Origin: Candidatus Omnitrophota bacterium
Lineage (GTDB): Bacteria > Omnitrophota > Omnitrophia > Omnitrophales > Aquincolibacteriaceae
Direction: 5' to 3'
NCBI GenBank assembly: GCA_030698625.1
Contig: JAUYMS010000042.1
Span: 92,150-156,149 of the forward strand
DNA length: 64,000 nucleotides
Both the position numbers and the translations under genes were made by a program. The notes under the pieces were generated by a model. The model was not told where the DNA came from, searched no databases, and was given only the letters and a program-made list of their open reading frames with translations. Within the stretch, counting starts at the first letter, position 1; each line of letters begins with the position of its first letter. Below are positions 51,101 to 63,100 of this stretch, one piece after another.

Positions 51101-54100
51101 GCGCAAGGACCATCCTTTACCGCGAAACCGGTCAGGCTTAACGTGCCCGACCACGTGGACATCTTCGTTCTCAGGGACGCGCGACTGTGATTCTTCCAGC
51201 ATGTCGGCAAATTCCGTCGCCCTCTCGGATTCCCCGGTTAAAAGAATTGTGGCCTTGCGTCCCGGGTAATGTTTTTGAATGCCTTCGGCGATGTTACTCA
51301 CCACATTCTTTGTATTCGGCGAATAGCGATACGTCGGGACCATGATAAAAATCCCGGAAGCGCCGTTCTCAGTGAGGGTCCGGCCGGCAAGCTCGATAAC
51401 GCCGCGATCGAATGCCTGGATCTCCGGCAGCATTTTCTTCTCATCTTGACGCTCGCGTAATCGTTCACGTGGCATCATCGGATACCAATGGGATTCTCCG
51501 GTCGGCCTATTGCGGGATTCATTAGAAGAAACCACACTCTCGAGGGCCGCCGCGGCCATCGCAAATGGAAAACTCAAGATTTTTGTTAGGGTTAGCAGAT
51601 TAAAGCGAATAAAGTTTAAACTCGTCACCTTGCTGCGCAGCAAACGAGATTCCAGCGTGACGTGAATCCGCGACCCTATTTTTATTAGGAGAAACAGCCA
51701 GGACTCGCGGAAAGACAACGGTCCCTTCAATGCTAAATTAAAATCGGAGATAAGTCCGTCTTCTTCCGGAACCGCGATAAAACCGGGAGCTCTGCGCCAG
51801 CGGTCGATCCAGGACGCGACCGGAATCGGCCGCCCCAAATTCATGTAGTGCTGGGAAACCTTTTGATAAAGCCAGCGATTGAGCCGCGCTTCGGCAGAAA
51901 GGATGGCGAATCCGGTGATAATGACTCCGAGAGCCGTAAGGGGCAGCCACAGGCCCGCGATCTGGGCCGCAGTAAGTGCGGCAGCCGCCGCGGCAATCAC
52001 TGCCGAGGCAAATACCCATTGCCGCCCCGCCGCTCTGGTTCCATCGCGCGATACTCCCGGCTCCGGCACCTGATCGTCGTCTACGCGAAGTTCAGACCGC
52101 ATGGCAATAAAATACCGCCCCTGTGTTTGTTCCAGCGCGGCTGCGGTATAAGCGGCTCCGCGTGCGCCGAGTTCGCGTCCGTGATCCGACGCCTTGAGGG
52201 TGTACGAAGAATCCGAATCCTTTCGCCGAATCTGGCCACCGATCTTTTCGTGAAAGGTTGCGCCAAAATCTCCCTGCAGATTACCTCCGCCAAGGACCCA
52301 CATTGCAATTCCGTTGATTCGCGTCGATTCGATAATATGTTCAGCCATGGCCTCGGCCGCCTTATCCATGAGCCGGGCGGCAATGACTTCATCGTTTGTC
52401 AGCGGCGAACCCTTTTCCCTCTTTGCCCAACCGAGCACAGCGGCAGTCATCAGGGGCTCGATCGAGAGCCCTTCAAATTCGGCTTCAAAACCCAAAGCTT
52501 TGGCCCGCTGTTGAAGGATGGGAGTACCCGCAAAATACTGAATGTGTTCGGGACGTCCGGCCATTTTTCCGATTGGGCTGGTCTGCCCCGTGAGCGTCAT
52601 GCCGCGATAGACAGAATCAAGCACAACGGATCCGTTTCGGATAACGGCCCGGCCGACTCCCGTACCCCACCACAAAACATTTGCGGTCCCCGTTCCGGGC
52701 TCGAAGATTGTGGGATTTTCCTTAACAATACCGGCCGCGACACCCTGCACGTCATTAAAAAGATTTAGGGGGACATCTCCCAGAAATTCTTTGAGCTTAT
52801 CGTAAAGACCTCGGGCACGTTGACGATCGTCGTCTGTCCAAAAGCGGTCGAGAAAGCCAAAGTTACGATTTTCATACCCGTCATTCTGCCCTGGGAGCAA
52901 AACAACCACGCGCTTAGGCTCTTCCCCGAAGCTCTCAACAAACTTTTGAACCACATCGGCAACCTCCCCAACAAAGACCGCACCACCGATTATGCCTTTA
53001 TGACGTTGGACCTCTTCACGAACAATCCGGCCGTCCTTAAGAGCGGCTAGTTTAATGGAATAAGCACCAACATCGACGCCGATAAACAGGCCCTCAGGAT
53101 AGGGTTCTATCAATCCCGGAAGCTGCTGTTCCTGCTTCACCTTTCGCGGACCTTCATCCGCGTCGCTTGCCGCTTGAACATTAACCGGACTCACTTCAGG
53201 CATAGCAAAACTAAGACGGTCCGTATGGGTCCGGTGAAGATGCGCCTCAATGCCGGCCGTGATCTGCTTTTCTGTATCCCTACCATGAGTCACTTCAACC
53301 TGGAGAGACGTACTGTGATTATCGATAAGAAGATTAAAGGAGAAGTGGGCAAGCCGTTCAACAACGGCACTTCTCAGTCCCGGATGCTCCGACCAAGGCA
53401 CGGTGAGTTCGCGACGCGGGCCGTGAGGGGTTTTTAAAACAACATTGACGGACTCAATTCCGGCCAATTCACGAATTTCCCGGAATATCGCCTCTCGCTC
53501 TGTTAAGAACGCGGTGCGATTTAGTTTTGACAGCAACCTGTCCAGGTCGGATGTCGGTCCGCGCGCAGGTGCGGCCGGAAACGGATACAACTTCCGTCGG
53601 GTCATATGTTCGGCAACCGTGCGGGGAACAAAGATCTTCGCCTTGGGATTATCGCGCACCTCCGTCGAACTGATGCCGCCGGTTTCCCTGCCGACCACAT
53701 AGACGGGCAAATCATGCGAGATACCGGCAACCACACCTCGAGAGACTTCCCCTCTCCTCTGAGTAATTTCAAGCGTTGTCGCTGCCTCCGCCAAAGGAAA
53801 ATCACGCCGTTCGGTCGTTACCAGTGACACTTTTTGAAAGTTATCCCAGGACAAATTGATTTCCGTGAGCGCTCTTTGCACGTTCCGCGCACTGCTCTCG
53901 AGCGAATCGCTGGCAGCCAGCACGGAGAGTTCCAACGAAACACCGGGGTTGAGTTCAAAGAGGTTCAGTCCGAGGGTTGCCGATCCCCACTCAGGGTGAC
54001 TGACCCCCAGGGGCGAAGAGTGGAAAAGCGGACGGAAGAGATCCGCCGTTTGATGGGCCATAAAATAACGGTTTCCCGCGGGAGACTTCGCTTCTTTGTA

Positions 54101-57100
54101 TCCCTCAATGTCGCCCATGGGGAAAAAGACGATGCCGTCGAGGTTCAACTCATCCATGACACGAAGCGCAAAAGCAACGTGTCCCCAGTGCGTGGGGTCA
54201 AAGGTACCGCCAAAGACGCCCAGATGAACCTGCGATTGTGGCTTGGAAGCCGACATGGCCTGCCCCTCGTGAACGCGAAGAGTCGCATAGGGCTGAATCA
54301 CCCCGTCACGAATTTTTTGTTCGATTGATTTCAGATTCGCGATGATCTGCCGCTTTGTCGCCAGAAACCTTTCGGTAAGCGCCTCATCATCGACGGCATC
54401 AAGCTCCTCTTCAGTGGGAAAAGCCGCTTGAATCATACCGAGGGAAGGCATGCCCTCGAGCGGCAGTGTCTCATCCAAGGAAATTGTTTTCTCGATAATC
54501 GGATCCCCGATGGCCTCGAAGGCGCGGCGGGCTGCGTGCCGGATTCTGGCAACAGGATGATCGTAATACACGGTCAGCGTATAGAGTACATCGGGACTTA
54601 CCTCTAACATGCGTATCGGATCCGAATATTCAGCCAATGTCTCCATCGCCTCAACCACGAGAGCGATCTGATCGTCGCGCAAATCACGCTTCGAGAGGTG
54701 ATTTAGATACCGCGCCGCCGTACGGATGTGAAGGGTGTCTCTGTTTTCTACCGTATCCAACGGGGCGCTGAGACGATCGAAGGCCTTCTGCGCCGCCATG
54801 CGGACATCTACGGAGCGTTCGGTCTTCGAAACATAGTCCGCCCAACGGATCAAGACAACATAGATATCAGGATTGATTTCCAGGAGCGGCTCGGGACTTT
54901 CGAATTTCGCCAAAGCCTCCAGAATGCTGACAGCGAGATCCTCTTCCTTCGGCGTCAGCCTTTCACTCTGATAGGCCCTTAGAAAGTTTGTGATGACGTG
55001 AACGGACTCGACGATAGCATCATCCAGCTGTGTTTGAGCAAATCGCGCCGGATCTGCATTTAAATTGTGGACCGCCAAAACACCCGCTGCACGGAAATCT
55101 GCTTTTGATAATTCACCCAATGCATAATCGCGCATTACTTTATCGTCACCGAAAGTAACGCGCGTCAGGAATTCAACGGCTGCACCGCTTCGTTGCTCAC
55201 GCATAGCACGCAATGCCGCGTGTACCAGCCCGTCGTCTTCAGTGAAATCAATCGCTTTGACCAGAAAATCAAAAACCTGAGGCGTTCGCACTTCTCCCAA
55301 TTCCCGAAGAGCACGGATGAGAAGCCCACGGTTCACCGTAGGATCTTCCTGATAGAGAAGTCTTTCGATAATCGTAAAGTCATCCAAGCGTGCAAGTGCC
55401 TTGAGGATCGCATACTGCACGATAGGATCCGCCTCCGGTTCTTCATAGACCAGCTTCAGCTTGCTGATCATTCGGTTCCGGTTTTCCTCATCGAGGTCTG
55501 CCCCCAAATTCCCCAGGGCCTCCACGACGACCCTGCGCACGGGAATGCGGCCCCGCTCCACCAGGACACGCTCAAAGAGGCTGTTGACGAGCGCAATGCG
55601 TTCATCTCTTGTTAACCCCTTGAAGTGCCCGCTCAAGAGTACCGCCTCTCGCGCAAGCTCGGGGACTTCCATACGCAAACCGAGCATGGTGAGCATGTAC
55701 CTCAGGAACGGATGAATCGTAATCGCCGTATCCTCACCGCCGTATCCCTCTGAAGCCATACGCAGATGCTTGATAAAGCGCACGCGATTATGCACGTGCC
55801 TCGGATGCGTTGTGGCCTGTAGGCTTTCGGGCGGTAGATGCCCGTCGGGATATAGTTCCGGGTAAGCAGTGGCAATCTTCAGCATCTGACGGACAATAGG
55901 TTCGAGAACGCCTTCGTGCATCGAGTCGTCGTATTCGATGCCTGCGAGGCGACGAAAAATCATAAAAGCATATAAGCTCTGCTCTCCGTACAATTCCTTT
56001 GGCAACACATCCTCGTCGGAAAGGAGAACGTTGAGCTCTTCGATCATCTCCACGATTTCCCTCTTCTTACGAAGCTCTTCGGATTGCAGATTGGTTTCAG
56101 GGGAAATCGCCACCTCTGAGAGTTCGCGGCGGGTCGGCATTGCGATGCCGACAATCTCTCTGCCGTGCTGTTCTAAGAATGCCGACATCGTCCTGGCGCG
56201 GGGATCCACACTTAGCGCTAATTCCTTGCGGACAAGTTCAAAGGTCTGCTTTAAGTGAGTTGCATACTCCTCGCGACCGTAGCGCATGGCGCGGACGAGT
56301 TCTCCGAGCTGCTTGTCGAAGCGCGCAAAGGCCTTGCCGTCGAGCACGGAACGAAAATCACGCATCAATTCGCTGGAAAGGCCGCTTACCTTAAAAATAC
56401 GGCGCGTGAGTCCCTCGCGAAGATCAATGACGCGCTCCACGCGGGACGCCTCATCGCGTAAGCGCCAAAATGCGATACGAATGTCGTTGGCGACAGCATA
56501 AGGTGAGCGTGCCAATACGGAACCAAAACTCACGGAAATTTGCTTCGCACCTAGCTCCGCCGTCCGTTCGCGAACCGTCTCACGCCCGCGCTCGTCATAC
56601 TCACGCACCTTGTTCTCCGAGTGGATCGCGAGAAGCCTCTTTTCATCGTAAACTCGCACCTCATCCAGCACCGGAACGAAAAGGTAGTTTGGGATCACCG
56701 TTTTTGCCAGGAGATCGGGGAAGTCTTCGGTGGTCGTTTTCATCAGAAGCGCCGTCGGATGCTGGCCGGTCGGGCCCGACTCGCCGACACGTACGGGCCT
56801 CAAATTCGTCCACTTATCGCGGCCGAAATTCGGAAGGACAAAATTTAATCTCGCGTCGGGATAAATAATATGGCGCGCACTATCGCCCACCGTGCGCACA
56901 TTAATTTCCCTCGTCAACTGTGCGCGCAAGTAGGACAACCTGTTATCCGCGTTATCGTAGTAGTTCCTAAGCACATTTTTCATGAAGACCTTGCTCAAGG
57001 GTTGCTTTGTCAAGGTCTTCAGCGAAATCCGGCCCGTCGAAGGTATCGCAAGCGTTTCCGTCGCGCCGCCCTTGGACATAAGAATGACGTGGTCGCTGTT

Positions 57101-60100
57101 GTGGCGGTAGCCGATAAAGAGAACGTTTCGCAAATCAGGGCTGACCATGGTGCGTACGAAAAAGTCGCCGTCAGCGATGTGTTGGTTCAGGAATTGAACT
57201 TTTCCGGAAAGGTGAGCTCCAAAATTGAAGTAGATATTCGGGCCAACCTGCCGCCGGCCCAAATTAACCTGTATGACGCGCGCCTGAGACGGTGCCATAG
57301 GAGCGGTCAATCCCGCTAGGATCTCCTGCGATGTCCGGTACAGCAACCGGTGGTCCGCTAAAAGATCCCTCTGCCATTCGACTCTTAACTCAGAGCGCTG
57401 CGACCCATCAGAAATCTCAATCGGGGACGGCCCACGGGCCTGGAACAAAGATGTAGACGGCAGGATGACGGTTCGGGATGGTTCGAAAACGTCGGTCAGA
57501 CGTGACTGCGCGACGGGCAGATGCGGTGCGGGCGATGAACCGTATGGCACATAAGGCGCAAAATGCAGGACTTCTTCCTCGCCTTCGGCTGCGCTGCCTT
57601 TCAGAGTCCGGCCCGTGAAAATAAATAGTTGCGCGGCATCGCGGTCGGGGGCCCTGACATCTATGACAGTGCCCGGTTCGAGTCGGGCGAGCATGGCCTC
57701 AGCCGAGGTCGGGTGCGAATCGGGCCGCGGAGCGAAACGACTGTAGATGCGGAATGCCTGCCGGTCGAGTACTTCGTCCACAGTGAGAGCGCCGGCCCGG
57801 TCCATTTCACGGCGGGCTCTGCGCAAATACCTTAAATCACTGATGGTACGCGCCAAGTCATGCAGGTGTGCGGAAAGCGCTTCCGCGTATTCGGCGGGAG
57901 CAAAGGATTCCTCCGGTTTGAGATAGACGGCATCATCGCTAAGTTTCAAATCATAGGCCTCGAAGAGCCGGCGAAGGCGGTCGGTATGCTGTCCAAGATT
58001 TTCGGACAGAACACGAGGGGGAGCGATGCGGCTAAGAAAGGGCCAAGTCCGGGACCAAGCCCAGGAAGGTCCGGATTTAAGGAAGGCCCGTTCGTGAACC
58101 GCCACAAATGTTTCAGCACCTAGGAGCGCCTCAAATGCGGCAGTCCAATATTTCCGGCGCAGTGTCACAACACGCGGCTTGAAGAATCGCGACTCTGCTG
58201 ACAGCGTCCAGACTCTCGGCGGCTTTTTTCCGAATCGCCCGGCACCGGCCGGGACGTACACATAATATTTCGCCAGCCCTTCCTGCAGCGCGCGCCTTGC
58301 CCAGTCGACTTCCGTCCAGGTCGCAAGCGGTCCCCGCAGGGCCAAGTCAATGCCCCCCTGCGTACCGACTCCGACCAAGACTTCGACCGGCCTGCCTTTT
58401 TGGTCGCGTAGACGGCGAAGATGTTCTCTCAACTCGTTGTAGTCGGTGACCGCCACGGCCGCGGGTTCGGCGCTGCGTGGCTCAAACGTTATGCCGTTGA
58501 TAGTTGCGCCGGTCAGACCCTCGGCGATCTGTTCTACGGTTTCCTCAAACACCTCTTCGGCCTCCCTGCCCCGGGGATCAATCGGCCTTCCCAGATGAAT
58601 TCTCAGGGAAAGCGGCGAAAGTCTGGAAAAAAGTTGGCTGAAAAATTCACCGCGTTTTTCCCGCAACACTTTGCTGCGCTTGTCGAGTTCATGCCGGTCT
58701 TCACCGGCCGCCCTGCCTTTCTTCGCCTTTATCTTATACTTCCTCTTCGCGAGCACGTACCTTGCCCGAGCGGCACGCCACCTGGCAAAGAAAGTAACGA
58801 TACGAGTCTCGCCTGAAATTTGGGTCGGAATCACAAACCGTCCTTCGTTTACGGCAATGCGCGCGAATGTCCCGTGCCAGTCGCGCTTCCATTCGTCGAT
58901 CATGGCACCGGGTTGTATCTCGGCGCGACCCAAAGGAAAGAAGGCCAGACTTTCTCCCGCGCGAACCGCGGCTTGAACTTTGTCAAAGGTTCCGCTCGGC
59001 CCGGCAACTGCCTCCTGGAGCTGTTTGCCCGAGAGGCTTTCGGCCCTGAGCAACAAGAGGATGTCCCTCATCGCCCGTTCAGCCCCATTGCCCAGCAGCG
59101 TCATTGTCAGGGCATCGCCGGGCAGGATTCCGGCTTCTCGGATCATGTCGGGCTTACGCAAGTCGTACACCTGCGATCCCGCATGCAGGGACGCGATAAA
59201 GTGCGGTTTTTGGGGATAATCTTTGAGGATGGCTGCGACCTGATCTGCAGGAAACTCGAGGCCCGCCACCCCTTCCCACCGGACATTTTCGTCCACTTCA
59301 ATGGCCAGTCCTTTGCGGATCAAGACCTGCTGAAGTTTCCCTACTTCCGAGGGCCGGGCAACAAAAAGCGGCAGCCGCCCCGTGCGCAGGTAGAGTTCCG
59401 TGACCAGAACAAGGCCGTCCAGCGTGCTGATGTGGTTGGCGGCGATAATATAATTGTCGCCCTCAGGCAAATTTTCAATGCCTGTAAGCCGGACAAAGTA
59501 CCGGACAAAAATGCGGTAGAACCGCAGCCACCACTTGGCCGGAGCAGGATAGTCTTTAAAGGCCTTGATCGGTGCAACCCTTAGCGGTGGTTCCGCAACC
59601 GGTTTGTCGGGCAAGAGCTCGTCCTGCTGTTCGGTTCTTAACTCAGAGCGCTCGGGCATTGTTCCGGCGGTTTTGTGGTAAAGTTCCAGATTATTCCGAA
59701 GGGTGCGGTCTTTAGAGAAATTGGCGATTACATGGTTACGCATAATGCGCGAGTTGAATTGCCCGGCCTCAGCCCGAGACAACACATTTTTTATTCCCAT
59801 AGCAACATCAAAATCTCTGCGGTCGGCATTGACGAGCATGCCGAGATCAGAAATCGGAAAAGGCCGTTCGGCGTAGCGCGGATCAAACGAAGCACGAATA
59901 CCGGGAATGTCGGTCGCGATCACGGGCTTGCCCATCGCCCAGGCTTCAAGGATCACACGTGTCAGCACCTCGTCTTCCGACATATGGATGAGCGCGTCCG
60001 CGAAACCATAGAGCTGAGGCAATTTGGTCTGCGGTACAAACCCGAGGAAAATCACTTTGTCCCGGAGCGCTTCCGGCAGGCGCCGGATCCGGGCCCGGAC

Positions 60101-63100
60101 CTTACGTTGATATTTCCCGCCACCCGCCCCCGCCAGGACCAGGTAGGTATCCCGCCCCGCGGTCCGGGCATAGGTCTCAAACCCGTCGATTGTCTCGACA
60201 ACGCCCTTCCCCTCGACCATGCGGCCTACATAGAGCAGGACATCCGATTTCGGGCGATCGATTTCCAGGAGGGCTTTCGGCAGTTTTTGCGCCCCGGCGA
60301 GCTTGTCCGGGTCGAAGAATTCCGTGTCCACTCCGTGCGGAATGACAATAATTTTCTCATCGGGCAATCCGTATAAAGCCTTTGCCTTTTCGGCGTGATC
60401 CGGTGTAATCGCGACGAAGTAGTCGGCAAGTCCCACGGCTTTTCTGAAGACATGTTTAACGTGCTCGGGAAAATCTTCGTCAAAAATAATCTCCATGTTG
60501 TGACCGTGGATGCCAAAGAAGATCTTCTTTTCTTCCGACTTATTGTTGATCTCCTCTGCCACGGACGCAGCGGCCAAAGCAAGAACACCCCCGTGATGCG
60601 CATTTAAGACAATCTTCTTATCGGGCGAACGTTCGAGGATGGCGGCAACACGTTCTCTGACGACTTTAACAGCGGCCAAAGCGTAAGCCTCTAACTGTTC
60701 TTCACTCATATCTTTGAAGGCCACGGTCTTCGGCATCGTAGGGTGGGCGTCGAAAAGCGGCACCTCGTCGAGTTCGATCAGAGACACATCAAAGGGAAAC
60801 TCTTCCGGCTTCGTACCCTTGAGCGCTGTCGAAACAACCGCGCTTTCGATTCCGTTCTCGGCATACCACTCCGGCACCGTGGTGACATAGGTCATCGTGC
60901 CGGAACCGCCGGCACGGCTCGGCAGGTAAATAGAGATGTCTACAAGGGCGAGATCTTCACGGGCACTGTTAATCAGTTCACGCAGAGGTAACTCCGGTTC
61001 GTCGGCAGGCAGCGCCTCTACTACCGGTTTCGCAGCCGCTTTGACCTCAACCCGGTAAAGTGGTAGCTCCACCCACCTATCCGAAGAAGGCCTGATGTAA
61101 TCAATCGGTCCATACCAACCGCTCCCCGCTATCCAGACAAGGGTCCCGTTAGAAGACCCCCGTTGATGGGTCCCTATGTCGCCGATCAAGAGTTTGTGCC
61201 CGACAATTCTTACGGCCGCATGATCCCGCGAGACATCGCCTTGATACATGACGATATCGCGGTCCGTGTAGCGGCCCACAGTCACCCTGGCCGATTCCTG
61301 CTCTTCACGATAGCCAACATGCAGGGCCGGGTCGGCGGGAAATTTCCCAACATAATGGCGGGTCCCTTCATCTTCGACAATTTCAACCTCACCGCTTTCC
61401 AATTCCTGAACCGTTAGAGCAACACTTGAAAGCTTAAACCGCCCTTCGCGCACAACCGAACTGCGCTCCTGAATTCTGGGATTTGCAACACGACCCACCA
61501 GAATCTCCGCTTCCTGCAGGTCGTGCTGCTCACGCGCCTGTGCGAACCACCAAGGAACGGCATAACGGCGCTTATGCAACTCAAGACCGGTCGGTGTGAT
61601 GCCTGTGCCCCGGGCAGTATCGCGCAACCTCACGAATTCTCCGTTTGCATTCACGGCAAGATCGAGCTTAAAGACCCAATCTCTGACATCATCCCAACCC
61701 GATGCCGGAACCGTCGCTATGTCTCCGTTCGTAATACGCTTCTGGATTTGCCCCGCCAGCGTTGGATGAAGATCGTCACCGGCCTCGTTCAGAGTCTTGA
61801 CGATCCAGTAAGGATGTCCTCCTCCATCGACCATGAATCCTTCGAGACGCTTCCACTGGCCGGCTTGTCCCTCCTCCGCAATCTGAGAATGGGAAATGCT
61901 CTTATAGGTCATGTAAACTTTCCCTTTGTAACCGATCACCACAAAGTAGCGAACCGCGCGCTTTGCCCCCTGCAATTGCCTGCCGTGCGAATGTCTCTCA
62001 AAAGCCTGCTTAAACATAAGCACTTTATCTTCCTCACCGCGGCGGCCCACCTCGTCTGTGAACGCGTCTAAATCCTCAGCCTCCGAAACCTCCATATCCT
62101 CATCGGTAACCGTCAAGCGCGGCACCGGCAGCTTTTCCTTTTCGAACCGCTTCTCTCCTGTGTGAAGTACCCGGTAGCGACCGATGAAGATATTAAAAAA
62201 TTTAAGATACTCACGGAGTGAGCGGAAACCTTCAATGCGCTTCTGGACAGACTCGTCATTCTCAATCAGGTACAGGAGATTGAAATACCGGGCCATGACC
62301 AGACCGGGGGTTTGCCCATATTCATAAAAGTAGTGCGTGACTGCCAGTTTAAAGTCAGCCAGAAGATCATCATCGAGATACCGTAGGAATTTCCTCGCTC
62401 CGTTATCGAACAGATAGGTTCTCGCCTCCTCAGAAATCGTCTTCCGCGCGTCTTTGATGTCGCGGAGGATATCCCTAGGCTCGAAAAACTTGTCGTCACC
62501 TACCTGAAACCGCAGTTGGGACTTTTCGAACTCATAGAGAATATCCAAATCCCGTTCGCTGCCGAGCAGGCCCTGCAGATAAAAGCGAAAGGCCCGAAAT
62601 AAATTTCTCGAGGCGGCCTGATCGACGAGGCTGCCGTCCGACTCCTCATTGGGGATAATGTTGATACTCTGGCCGAGATCTTCATCCGGCTCCACCTCAA
62701 CCCGAAAGCTGCGGCGATTCTCAGCAATGGGGAAGGCCTTCGCATAGCGGTCGAGTGCCTGTTGAATCTTCACATTCACTTGATCCGGCTCGTCATAGTC
62801 GGAGGGCATCAACTGTGTCACGGTAATGGAGTCATAAACCGACTCGTCAGTCCTGAATACTTTTTCTGCTTCGTCAACTAACAGCTGTTCCCCTCGCGCC
62901 CGAATACGCGCCGCCTTTTCCAACTGTTCGATAAACTCCTCGTCTTCCTCACGCAACAACCGCTGCACCTCTTCCTCGGGCACAAGCTCGCCGTTTTCCT
63001 CATAGCGAATCTTACCCTCGACGTCAACCTCGTATTTGATGCCCTTGTAGAATATTTGCGTATCATCATCCGAGCGCAATTCCGACCGCACTTTGCTGTT

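Noticed and set aside
37031-63088. RSELR sites as inteins or a CRISPR-like DNA array
   Set aside because: No C/S...HN intein termini; spacing is irregular and kb-scale; third codon positions vary
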